From contig OZ240241.1 in NCBI GenBank assembly GCA_965198115.1, positions 2,592,001-2,656,000 on the forward strand: a stretch of 64,000 bases of DNA, in the 5' to 3' direction. Numbering within the stretch: position 1 is the stretch's first letter; each line of letters begins with the position of its first letter. Position numbers and translations under genes: made by a program. The notes beneath the pieces were generated by a model, which made no database searches, was not told the DNA's origin, and saw only the letters and a list, made by a program, of their open reading frames with translations. Positions 1 through 10,838 of this stretch are shown in pieces. The stretch is from Candidatus Latescibacterota bacterium (GTDB taxonomy: Bacteria > Latescibacterota > UBA2968).

Positions 1-25
1 CACGCGCACTTAGGAGATCTCACGA

Positions 26-751
26 ATGGCGACACGCGCAATTGGCATAGGCGTCATCTACCCGATGCACGCCGCCGAAGACGACTATCCGTTTCTCGCG
101 TCGGCCCTCGACCCACCGATTGAAGTCCAGGTCGTTCATACGCATAGCGAGGACATACACAAAGTTGACTGCTGTCTGCGAACCGGAAGTCCAGAAGCCC
201 TTGCCCCGGGCATCGAAGCCCTACGCGCTCATCAGATCGATGTATGTACGTTTGCTTGCACGAGCGGTAGCTTCGTCTATGGGGTGGAAGGCGCGAGAAA
301 ACAATCCAAGGAGATTGGCGATAAGCTCGGCGTACCCACCTCGAGCACCTCGCTCGCATTCCTTCACGCGCTACACGCCCTTAAACTGAATCGCGTCGCC
401 GTGGCCGCGACCTATCCCGAGGACCTCGCGCAAGCGTTTACTGCGTTTCTGAAGGAAGGAGACATCGAGGTGATGCATCTGGGGTGCGAGGGCATCTGGA
501 CGGCTGTGGAAGTGGGCGTCGTGGACTGCGAAGTAGTACTCGACTTCGCCAAAAACAATGACCATCCCGACGCCGACGCCGTCCTGATTCCCGATACCGC
601 CCTCCACACCGCGCAGTTCCTGGCCGATCTGGAATCGCACCTTGGCAAAACCGTACTCACGGCAAATCAGGTGACTCTGTGGGAGGCCCTTCGACTCGCG
701 GAGTACGCAGAACCTCAAGAAAACTTCGGACAGCTAATGACCCAACTATAG
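26..751 (+). CDS. Maleate cis-trans isomerase / arylmalonate decarboxylase (Asp/Glu racemase superfamily) protein
   Basis: FACTSGS motif with first catalytic Cys, RVAVAATYP, and the VLTANQVTLW C-terminal signature; SD AGGAG upstream. Confidence 0.8.
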   Translation: MATRAIGIGVIYPMHAAEDDYPFLASALDPPIEVQVVHTHSEDIHKVDCCLRTGSPEALAPGIEALRAHQIDVCTFACTSGSFVYGVEGARKQSKEIGDKLGVPTSSTSLAFLHALHALKLNRVAVAATYPEDLAQAFTAFLKEGDIEVMHLGCEGIWTAVEVGVVDCEVVLDFAKNNDHPDADAVLIPDTALHTAQFLADLESHLGKTVLTANQVTLWEALRLAEYAEPQENFGQLMTQL

Positions 752-761
752 GAGGTCAACG

Positions 762-1247
762 GTGGCTCGTTACATCAATGTGCGGCTGGAAAAGCGTGAC
801 GTCAGTTGCGTTGCAGAATTACACGACGACCTTGCTCCCAAAACCTGCGAGGCTGTCTGGCAGGCTCTGCCTCAGGGCGGTCAGGCGGTTCACGCAAAGT
901 ACGCGAGCAACGAAGTATACACCCTCGTTCCGCCCTTTGCCGATGAGGAACCGGGCCTGGAGAATCCAACGATGACACCCATTACGGGTGACTTACTCTA
1001 TTTCTATTTCGGGCCGGGCCTGGTCAACCTCCCGCACATTCGCGAGGTGGCGCAGCAACAGGGAATCGTCGACCTAGCGATCTTTTACGGGCGGGACAAC
1101 CTCCTCCTTTCCCCGAAGATGGGCCCCACACCTGGGAGCCACTATGCCACGATCGTGGAAAACCTCGAGGAAATGGCGGAAGCTTGCGACAACATCTGGC
1201 GGGAAGGATTTGTCGGGGAGAGCTTGCTCTACAGTCGTGCCGATTGA
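762..1247 (+). CDS. DUF3830 family (cyclophilin-like fold) protein
   Basis: APKTCEAVWQALP...HAKYASNEVY...LENPT..P..GD pattern; GGAGG SD before GTG; this family is commonly found next to the isomerase family. Confidence 0.75.
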   Translation: MARYINVRLEKRDVSCVAELHDDLAPKTCEAVWQALPQGGQAVHAKYASNEVYTLVPPFADEEPGLENPTMTPITGDLLYFYFGPGLVNLPHIREVAQQQGIVDLAIFYGRDNLLLSPKMGPTPGSHYATIVENLEEMAEACDNIWREGFVGESLLYSRAD

Positions 1248-1340
1248 GGGATGGCCGATGTTTGCAACCTGGTTGCGTTAGGCGATCTCCCCCTGTGCTT
1301 GTAACGCGTCGAACAGGCACTCTACAATTGCGTCGGTAGG

Positions 1341-2270
1341 CTATCTGATGGGCTGTCGGGGAAAGCCGAGTCGGTCGATCAATTTCAGGGCGCGTCCGTT
1401 CAGAAGGTTGGCGTGGTGCAAGAGCGCGGGATCGGGGGTCAGGCCGAGCGATCGAACGGCCGTGTGGTGGATGATGCCGCGTTGGACGAGAAGGTCCTTC
1501 TCTACCGCAAGATAGAATTCCAGGTTCTGAAGCGAAAAGACGATCTGTGCCAGCAGACCGTCGAAGATGTCGAGCGCGCCATCCAGATCTCCCCCTGTTC
1601 CAAGTTCCCACAACCGCTGCATCACGTCGGCGTGGCCGAGGCCAGGCATCACGCCCGAGACGCCTTCGGCGAACAGTTCGGGCAGATACGTGCCTCCCCA
1701 GCCTTCGAGGACGGCAACCTCCCCGTCCGTCGTCTCGCGAATGGCACGCAGTTTGGGGCCGAGCAGGGGTTCCTCGAGCTTGAGGTATCGAAAATTGTCG
1801 CAGTCGTCGCGCAAATGGCTGCAGAACTCCGCGCCGACGGTGTGGCCACCGGGGTTGAAATCCTGAATTAGAATGGGGACATCGACTGCACGACAGACGG
1901 TTTTGCAGTAGACGAGGTGATCGGCCTCGGGCAGGGCGAATTGCCGGGGCAACGCGAAGCTGATGATGTCGGCGCCGCTGTCGACATTCTGACGCGCCAG
2001 TTCGGATGCGTGGAGCGCCGAAGGATGATTCGATTGCCCTACGACCGGGATGCGACCGCTGGCGGCTTCGGCCGCGGTGCGAACCACGGCCAGACGTTCC
2101 GGCTCGGATAATTTGTAATACTCGCTCGCGTAGGCCGGCAGACAGACCCCGCCAATCCCGAACGCGATCGCAGCCTCGACTTCTCGCTCGATGTCTTCGT
2201 GAACGATTTCCTCTGCATCGTCGAACGGTGTTACGAGGACCGCAACGACACCGTTTATGGATGGTGTCAT
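1341..2270 (-). CDS. Dihydrodipicolinate synthase-like (class I aldolase/dehydratase) protein
   Basis: GVVAVLVTPF N-terminus, SEYYKLS, Schiff-base Lys in YLKLE; start placed at MTPSING. Confidence 0.8.
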   Translation of the reverse strand: MTPSINGVVAVLVTPFDDAEEIVHEDIEREVEAAIAFGIGGVCLPAYASEYYKLSEPERLAVVRTAAEAASGRIPVVGQSNHPSALHASELARQNVDSGADIISFALPRQFALPEADHLVYCKTVCRAVDVPILIQDFNPGGHTVGAEFCSHLRDDCDNFRYLKLEEPLLGPKLRAIRETTDGEVAVLEGWGGTYLPELFAEGVSGVMPGLGHADVMQRLWELGTGGDLDGALDIFDGLLAQIVFSLQNLEFYLAVEKDLLVQRGIIHHTAVRSLGLTPDPALLHHANLLNGRALKLIDRLGFPRQPIR

Positions 2271-2738
2271 TTTCTCTCCGTCGGATGGGATCCGACGAGG
2301 CCAGATTGCCCCTCCGTTCGTCCGTTTCTTCCACCGGTCCAGCGAATGGGTCAATCGCCTCTCAAGTCGCTTGCCACATTGTCGACAACCCTAACATTCA
2401 TACTGCAATCTCACAAAGCAACCCTCACCGCGGGTGTTGCAGTTGGTGCCCAAATCCGTACGTGAGTCTGCCGCGCCCAAGATCCAATCGTGTGCGTTTG
2501 CTAGAGTTCGACTCCCCGAGAGGAATCCACGGATATGCAACGCTCGTGGCTTCGAAATCCATCGTCGTTGCTGATCAAACTGCGTGATGCGGCCTGACCG
2601 GTACTTCAGCGCTTCTTGGATCGGCCACGCCCGACGCTGAATCCTCACTTTGCATTTTGACTTTTTGATTTCACTTGAATTAATCCCCTCCATCAGCTGC
2701 GCTTGCTCACCGTTCCTCACCGTCGCATCTTGGTTGCG

Positions 2739-5700
2739 ATGCGCACCTACGCCACCATCCTACCTAGACGCCGCAGCGCCTTGCGCGTAGGAGTCTGCCT
2801 GCTGCTGTCGTCAGCCCAGGTCTACGCCGTGGAGCTCCAAGTCGTACCGCAACCCGAGCCGCTTTCAGAGGCCTGGCGGTGGACGGAGTTCGTGGTGCCC
2901 GGCGTTGTCGACCACATCTTCGAGGATCGTGACGGCGTTGTTTGGTTCGCGACCAACAAAGGTCTGGTGAATTACGACGGGTATGCGTTCAAGACCCTCA
3001 CAACCGACGACGGCCTCGGTTCTACCATCATCAGGGCCGTCACTCAGGCACGTGACGGGGCACTGTGGGTCGGTACGAGACAGGATGGCATTACCCGGCT
3101 GGGGGTCGACAGTGTGCGTACCTACACGACGGAAGATGGCTTGGCGAGCAATCACTTTGTGTGGAAAGCAGTCGTTCCGTCGAGGGAAGACGGTTTGTGG
3201 GCAGGGTCCGACGCCCTTCTGAGAGGCACGGGGGGGCTGAGCTATTTCGATGGACGCACGTGGTCAGTCATACCATCGCCCATAGACACACTGAGCGTAA
3301 TAACCCTGATTGAAGCAAAAGACGGAGCGCTCTGGGTATCCTCGGACCAGGGACTACTCCGCTTCCGGGGGGGTGAGTGGACCCGGTTTGGACCCGATGA
3401 GGGTCTCACCCCCGCGAACTTCGACGAAATAATCCAGGCTTCCGACGGGTCGATTTGGGCCACAGCGTTCGACGAACCGGCAATCGCCCGATACAAAGAT
3501 CAAAGGTGGACCATCTACGGGCCTGAGGATGGTCTCAGGGAAGATAACCACGGATCTATCTGGGAAGAGCGCGACGGACATCTCTGGTCAGCGAGCTACA
3601 GGGGCGACTTCGTGACTTTCACCGGCGAGAGGTGGCGTGCCGTGGACTCTGCACGGAATCCAACGCGACCCTATGGCGTCGTCTCTCGAGACGGCATCCT
3701 GTGGATCTATAGCTGGGCGCAATCCATCACTTACCGAGTTCGACTCGAAGGGGCTTCCCGAATCCGCTTTGATGTGGGCCGCGTGCTTCGGGGAGGTCAC
3801 AATTCGGGTGTGACGTGGTTCGTGAACGACGACGGTCCTGCCTGTTCGACGGACGGCAATGGCTTCTGTATGGCACGGAAGATGGTTTGCTGGAGCCCCC
3901 ATACAGAGTTTCGGTGGCTACCGAAGACGGGTCTGTCTGGTTTCAGGCTGCCCAGGGCTGGTGTCGATACGCACAAGGACGTTGGGAAGTGCATCGAACT
4001 TCCGAGATTGGCCTGGACCGACTCACATCGGGCCCCTCCCCCGTTGCCTACCGCCGCAAGGACGGTTCGTTCTGGGTCATCGGGTCACGAGATGGTAAAG
4101 CGGCGGCAAGTCAATATGACCCGGCTCTTGCGGCATGGCAGATCCATCAACCCGACATCGTGGGGGAGAGATTCGACCTCACCTTCGTAGCCGCCAACGG
4201 CGACATCTGGTTTGCCGCCAACCCCTGGCTATCGCCGGGTGCTACGGACGCCGCGTTGGCTGAGGCCGTCCGTGTGAAAGGCGAAGGTATAGTACGGTAT
4301 GACGGAGATTCGTGGACTCAGTACACGATGAACGACGGCCTGCTTCACGACCGAATCTACGGATTCGGGCAGTCGCCGGACGGGAAAATATGGGTGGGGA
4401 CGCGGATGGGCCTCAGCTGGTTCGACGGAACAAAATGGGATAGCTATGGGGTCGGAATCCCAGGTGAGAAACCGTTCCGATTCCGGTTGGCCGGCAAGAA
4501 CCTGTGGTGTGGGTACGCTCCCAACGAGCTGACCGGCGTTTCACGGTATGACGGAAGCGCGTGGCACACCTACACCACAGATGACGGACTTGTCAATAAC
4601 CTGATCACACACATCCTACCGGCTTCCGATGGCACGGTGTGGGTAGCCACCGAAGGAGGCATCAATCGATTCAGTCCGGTTGCCGAGACCTGGGCCAGTT
4701 ATACCGAGGAGGACGGTATCGCTGCGGGAGGCATCGAGCATCTTTGGGAAACACAGGACGGTATCGGCTACACCGCTCGGAGCGGCGTCGTCGGCATGCT
4801 CCGTCCCGATACCGATGCTCCCAGGTCGACGTTCAACATCTCACCCACAGACGTCGGCTCGTCGGGTAACGTGATGCTGACCTGGTCGGCCCGTGACCGG
4901 TGGGACATTACGTTGCCTGACGACGTCCGCTATCGATACCGTCTCGATGAGGGTGACTGGTCTGAGACGACCAGCCGCACCGACGTCACCCTAACCTCAC
5001 TATCTCCAGGGAGTCACCGTATCGAACTGCGGGCTATCGATGATGAACTCAACGTCGAAGCGACGCCCGCCGTCCACGCGTTCATCGTCGAGGCCCCGTG
5101 GTGGCGCAACCCCGTCGTGGCGGGACCAGGGCTGCTTCTCATTCTCGGGATCCTCTTCCAATCAGCCCGTGTCGTACAGGGCAAACGGAAGCTGCAGGAG
5201 TCGGTGGACGCTCTTGCGGACGCCAACAACGAGCTGTTTCAGGTCAACGTGGACCTCCAGCGCGAGCAGGTGCTGGAGCGGCTGCGGGGTCAGGCGCAGG
5301 GGATGCAGTCGAGCGAGGAAATAGGTCCGGTCGTCGAAGCCGTGTTCGGTGAACTGAAGGCCCTGCACCCTCCGTTGTTGACGAGCGGGATCAACATCAG
5401 GAGACCCGACAGCTTGGAAATCTGGCGTGTCGGGCCGGACGGTAAAGTGGCTGAACCATCCATACGGAAGAGAGAGATTGGACGTAGAGACGTGCAGCGG
5501 ACTGGGAAGCCCTACTTGCATCGGGTTCTGGAGGGAGATGAGGCCCGAGCGAATATCCAGCGGCATATCCAGGCCGGAAACCCCTTTTGGGTGAGTATCC
5601 CTGAAGAGAAGTGGCCAACCCGCAAAGAGGACTACACCGTCTTGTTTCCTGGGGGAGAGGTGGTTGTTGTCTCTGAGGAGTCGATCGACGAAGAGACCTT

Positions 5701-7056
5701 AAAGATGGTCGGTCGTTTTGGCGAAGTGTTCGCTTTTGCACACGCCCGTTGGGAGGAATTGAAGCAGAAGGAAGCGCAGAACCGTCGTCTCGCGTGGACG
5801 CGTCCGTTCAGCGACTCCGTGCCGAGGTGCAGTCGATGGACGAGACGAGCGACTTTGAACGCATTCTGTCGTTGCTGGCCGAGAGCCTGAAGACGGTGGA
5901 ACTCACCTTCGACGGCTGCGAAATCGACGTGCTGGACGAGCCAGTCGAGAACCCGACGATGGCGCACTTTGAAACGAACGGGCTCCGCTACACGACCCTC
6001 AGACTGGATCCCGATGGAAACGTGGTCCCACGGCCCTATAACATCGCCGCCCCTTTCCAACCGGTAAACGAACGCACCATCGAGCGGTTCATAGCAGGTG
6101 AACCGTGGCAGGGCACAAGTGAAGGGGATGCGATTGTAGAGGTACCAGCAGGCCCGTATGGCCGCCTGCGGTTGACGGAAACAGACCGCCAGAACTTCAG
6201 GGACGACGAGGTCGCCACCCTCCGCGAGTTCGCCGACGCTGTCGCCCTCGGCTACGCCCGTTACCTCGACATCCGCGAGATACAGGATCAGACCGAACGC
6301 AAGTCGGCGTTCCTTGCCTCGATGTCCCACGAACTGCGAACGCCGATGAACGCCATCAAGGGGTTCGCGAACCTGATTCTGCGGCGGGAGGCAGATGGGA
6401 TGTCCAAACGAGCGCAGGAGAACCTCGGCAAGATCGGCCAGGCATCCGACCATCTTCTCGCGATGATCGACGACCTGCTCGACTTGTCAAAGATCGAAGC
6501 GGGCAGGATGGACGTGAACCCTGAGAGGTTCGAAGTGAAGGACCTGGTGACCTCGGCGTGCGACACGGTCAGCCCCCTGATTCAGGAAGGTGTCGAGCTG
6601 CGCCAGGACGTGGCCGCCGACATCGGGGAAGCGAACACAGACAAGGCCCGCCTTCAACAGATGGTCATCAATCTGTTGTCCAACGCCATCAAGTTTACGG
6701 ATAGTGGAACCATTGCCGTCACGGCAAGCAGGGGGCAGGGAGCAGGGAGCACGGGGGACCAATCGCGCGTCTCTCCGACTCACGACTCACGACTCACGTC
6801 CCACGATCTGGTCATTTCCGTAGCTGACACGGGTAGAGGCATTCCCACAGAGGAGCTCCCCACCATCTTTGATGATTACCGTCAGGCCGAAGGGTCGGAG
6901 AGCAACGTGCAGAAGGGCACCGGGTTGGGACTGTCCATTACGAAGAAGTTCACAGAGTTGTTGGGCGGGACCATCGGCGTGGAAAGCGAAGTTGGGAAGG
7001 GCACAACGTTTACGGTGCGGGTGCCGGTTGAGTATCGAGCTGGAGAGGAAGGATAG
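2739..7056 (+). CDS. Sensor histidine kinase 1: signal peptide, beta-propeller repeats, Y_Y_Y domain, TM, GAF-like domains, HisKA, HATPase (split by two frameshifts near 3840 and 5792)
   Basis: Repeated (T)TxDGL...DGxLWVGT blades, YRYRL, H-box MSHELRTPMNAI, NLLSNAIKFT, DTGRGI and GTGLGL; three overlapping ORFs join into one coherent protein. Confidence 0.85.
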
Positions 7057-7159
7057 CCCTTACAGCTCAGTGGGTTCAACTAAACGAACTGATTTTCGCT
7101 ATGATCGATCGGCAGCTATCCTGATCCCCTATCCTAACTTCCTGGTCCCCTAGCTAAAC

Positions 7160-8115
7160 TCAGAACTCCATCACGACCTTGATCGCCTTGTCCCGCTCGT
7201 TCACGAACATCTCAAACCCTCTCTGCACTTCCGTGAAGGGAATATGATGGGTGATCATCGGCGCCACATCGATCCGTCCCTGGCTGATCCAGTCCATCGC
7301 CAGAGGGAAGTCGCGCTGCGCCTCGGGCCCGACCGAGCCGATCAGGTTGATGTTCTTGCTGATGATCGCGCGATAGTTGAACGGATAGATATTCTCATCA
7401 GGAATGCCGAAGCACAGAACCGTGCCTCGTCTCTTCACCAATTCCAGACACGTCCCGATCGTCTCGAAATTGTGCCCGACCATCTCGACCGCCACATCCA
7501 GCATTTCGCCTTCGGAAATCTCAGAGACTGTCTCGATCACATCCTCACGCGTTGGATTGATCGAATGCGTTGCCCGCATCTTTCGCCCCGTTTCCAAACG
7601 GAAATCGACGGTATCGATCCCGATCACGCGTTTCGCGCCGAGGTTGCTGAGAGAATGGACGGCCAGCAGACCGATCGGGCCTTGCCCCATCACCGCGATA
7701 TCCTTGTCGATCACACTGCCAGCTTCCGTATTGCCCAAATCACCGTACCCAGCGGCTGGGACATTAGGATGCAATCCGCCCGGTCGTACTCCGGCAGGCG
7801 CATTGTCACATTCTCGTGCGAGGTGAAATACTCGGAGCACGCCCCGATCTCTCTCGGCAGCGCCAGCACTCGATCTCCGGGGCTGAATCGATATGAATTG
7901 CTGGCCGCCACCGTCCCGATCGCCTCGTGAATCGATAGTCCCAGTCTGCCGGGATAGTCCGCCTGCTCGAGCAGCCACTTCGGCGTGTCGGACCCACAGA
8001 TGGCGCTCAACTCTGTCTTGATCTTGATGGATCCATCCGGAAACTTGTTGATGTCCGGCTCATCCGCATCGATGATCTCAATCTTCTGCTGGTCAACTTG
8101 AATCGCTGCTTTCAC
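7160..8115 (-). CDS. Zinc-binding (MDR) dehydrogenase, frameshift near 7725
   Basis: AICGSD, HEAIG, QPLGTV and GQGPIG motifs across two ORFs; GTG start with GGAGG-like SD. Confidence 0.8.
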
Positions 8116-8231
8116 TGCCCCTCCCTGTGGTGTTTCGGTGATACCATCGGCCCCTTCAACAGACGCCGCTGAAAAGTTGACTTCGTATTCCCAACAGGCA
8201 ATCACGGCGCACTTTCGTGCCCGCTTCCGTC

Positions 8232-8276
8232 CCCGGGGCTGAAGCCCCGGGCTATTTACGGCAGCCCCTTCGGGGT
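8232..8276. repeat. REP-like double hairpin (CCCGGGG-N-CCCCGGG followed by CCCCTTCGGGG), copy 1
   Basis: Visible palindromes; related copies near 10897-10930 and 33129-33175. Confidence 0.6.
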
Positions 8277-8393
8277 AATTCACACGCTGCGCGAGCCGCC
8301 GTCGCTCAGATTCTTCTCAGTCGACGGTAAACCCATATTTCGTGTCTTTCGTGTGTTTCGTGGTTCCTGGTTATTGTCCGTGTATTCCGTGGT

Positions 8394-9407
8394 CTAGGCT
8401 TTTTCCACGAACTGAATCCACAACGGCGACTGCCCCACCTCGAAGTTTTCCATCTCGTCGAGCGCCCCACTTCCGTGATCGATTCTGTAAGTCGCCAGCC
8501 GTCCCGATCCCTGCCCCGCGGACAGCAGGAATTGGCCGGTTGGATCGATCGCGAAGAACCTCGGCGTCTCCTCTGTAGGCTGGTGTCCCTTGGCCGTGAG
8601 CGTCCCCTCCTCGTTGAGGTCGAAGATCGCAAGGCTGTCGTGACCACGATTGGACGCGTAGAGATGTTGTCCATCCTGCGTGATCCTAATTTCGGCCGTC
8701 GACTTCCCATCCGGCGTCACTCCTTCGGGGTGTGATGAGATCACCTGGAAGGATGACAAAGTTCCGTTGTCCGGATCGAAGTGGTGGGCACTCACCGTAC
8801 AGCCGTTCTCATTGATCGAATACAGCAGATCCTTACTCGGGTGGAACGCGAAGTGGCGCGGGCCTTCCGGCGTTTCAGGCTGGATCTTCGGCGGATCGTT
8901 GGCAGAAAGCGCCCCCGTCGATTCGTCGAACCGAAACTGATAAATCGCGTTCGGGGGGTTCGTGTGGGGCACGAACACGAAGCGGTTGGACCGATCGGTC
9001 TGAATGCTGTGTGCGTGCTCCGCGGTCGGGATCCTCTGCAGTGGCTCCTCGCTCAGTGTCCCGTCGTCGTTGATCGCGTGGACGCTCACGTGCCCCGATC
9101 CGTAATAAGAGGCCAGCAGGAACCGATCGGTGTTGTCCGTCTTGATGTAAGGCGACCCGTCGTGCAACGAAACCTGGCCAATCGGTGAGAGTGCTCCGGA
9201 CGACCGGTCGATGCGCAGACTCTGAAACACCTTGGCCTGCCTGAGACACACGAACATCAGCGATCCGTCCGCCGTCGTCGCCACCGTACCGGGCGACCCG
9301 TCGGTGGCGATATCTGCCTCCTGCGTCAGCTTACCCGAATCCGCATCCATCACGAACTTCGAGAAGAATTCGCTCCCCGAATTCGACACATACACGTGGT
9401 AGCTCAT
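8394..9407 (-). CDS. Lactonase family protein (6-phosphogluconolactonase-like 7-bladed propeller)
   Basis: HAHSIQTD, GPRHFAFHP, LYASNRGHDS and TPRFFAIDP motifs. Confidence 0.85.
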   Translation of the reverse strand: MSYHVYVSNSGSEFFSKFVMDADSGKLTQEADIATDGSPGTVATTADGSLMFVCLRQAKVFQSLRIDRSSGALSPIGQVSLHDGSPYIKTDNTDRFLLASYYGSGHVSVHAINDDGTLSEEPLQRIPTAEHAHSIQTDRSNRFVFVPHTNPPNAIYQFRFDESTGALSANDPPKIQPETPEGPRHFAFHPSKDLLYSINENGCTVSAHHFDPDNGTLSSFQVISSHPEGVTPDGKSTAEIRITQDGQHLYASNRGHDSLAIFDLNEEGTLTAKGHQPTEETPRFFAIDPTGQFLLSAGQGSGRLATYRIDHGSGALDEMENFEVGQSPLWIQFVEKA

Positions 9408-9571
9408 GATATCTCCTTGTTTGAGACTCGATTAACGAGCAGGCGAGCCCTCCGCTGAGCTTCGGAGGGTCGAGCAGGCGTGGCAATCTAATCGCGACTC
9501 ATGCTTTTATGCTCACACTCGTGTTTTTCGTATGATCCGCGTTTCGATACAGGCGCCGATGTGCTGATTCC

Positions 9572-10838
9572 TAAGTGCATGGTTTCATAAACATTATTAC
9601 GTATGTCCTGAACATTATTTGTAGCTTATGTTCTCCTTCAAAAGGAGGAGAACAATGCCAAGACGTTCGCCTTATGTGGTGCTACTGTCTGAGAAGGAAC
9701 GGGTCGACCTCGAGCGAATGGCTGGACAATATACGTTACCGTATTATCAAGTGATCCGATCGAAAATCGTGCTTCTCGCCGCCGAGGGATTATCCAACAA
9801 GATTATCGCCCAACGGTTGGATGTCCCGCGTCCGATCGTAAGCAAATGGCGTAAGCGCTTTTTCGAAGAGCGTCTTTCGGGACTCGAAGATAGATCTCGT
9901 CCCGGGCGCCCGCCCGGTTTTCCCCCCTCAGGTGGTCGTTCAGATCAAGGCGCTGGCGTGTGAACTACCGAGCGAGAGCGGGATACCGCTCTCGCGGTTC
10001 AGCTGTTCCGAGATTGCCGCCGAGGCAGTGCAAAGGGGCTTCGTTGCCAAGATCAGCGGCGCCACTGTCTGGCGCTGGTTGAACGAGGACGCGATTCGTC
10101 CTTGGTATCATCGCTCCTGGATTTTCCCACGGGACCCGGACTTCCAAACCAAAGCAGGTAGAGTCCTTGATCTGTATCACCGCCAATGGCAAGGAAAGCC
10201 TTTAGGGCCGAGGGAATATGTACTTTCTGCCGACGAAAAGACCAGTATTCAAGCACGAGCTCGCAAGCACGTTACCCTACCGCCAGCCTCGAACAGAGCG
10301 GCACGCGTTGAAACACGAATACGAGCGGAAAGGAGCCCTGGCCTATCTGGCTGCTCTCGACGTGCACAATGGTCGAATCTTCGGTCTCTGTGAGTCTTCT
10401 TCGGGTATCGAGCCCTTCAACCGGCTCCTGAGCCTGATCATGAGCCGGAAACCCTATTGCTCGGCAAAGAAAGTCTACCTCATCGTGGATAATGGCTCCT
10501 CGCACCGAGGGCAAACATGCATCGACCGTATCCAGGGGAAGTGGCCAAACATCCACCCCGTTCACCTTCCGATCCACGCAAGCTGGCTCAATCAGATCGA
10601 GATCTACTTCTCGATCCTCAAACGCAAGGCTCTGACACCTATCGAATTTGCATCGCTCGAAGAGCTTGAGGCAAGAATCCTCGGTTTTCAGGAACGCTAC
10701 GGACGTATCGCCACACCCTTCAAATGGAAGTTCACACGAACAGATCTCGCGGAGATGATCGACAAACTCAGGTTCTACGATACGCCCTTGGCAAAGTCTG
10801 CTTAGAATACGTCACCGTATTTGAGAACAGGAGTAATA
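9572..10838 (+). mobile_element. IS630-family insertion sequence
   Basis: HTH plus DDE transposase (DEKT, IVDNGSSH, SWLNQIEIYF); AT-richer than the flanks; imperfect terminal inverted repeats ending in ACGTAT (about 18/33 by eye); TA at the ends. Confidence 0.9.
9655..10805 (+). CDS. IS630 transposase in three frames (TTTTCCCCCC slip site near 9918; extra base near 10311)
   Basis: ORF1 HTH (RSKIVLL...VSKWRKRF...RPGRP), ORF2 and ORF3 carry the DDE domain. Confidence 0.85.

Noticed and set aside
1024-2334. 436-aa Arg-rich ORF
   Set aside because: Alternative frame overlapping the DHDPS-like gene; low complexity typical of GC-rich shadow ORFs
2391-2720. 109-aa ORF or gene remnant between the DHDPS-like gene and kinase 1
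   Set aside because: No convincing motif, start or SD in any frame; cannot be supported without a homology search
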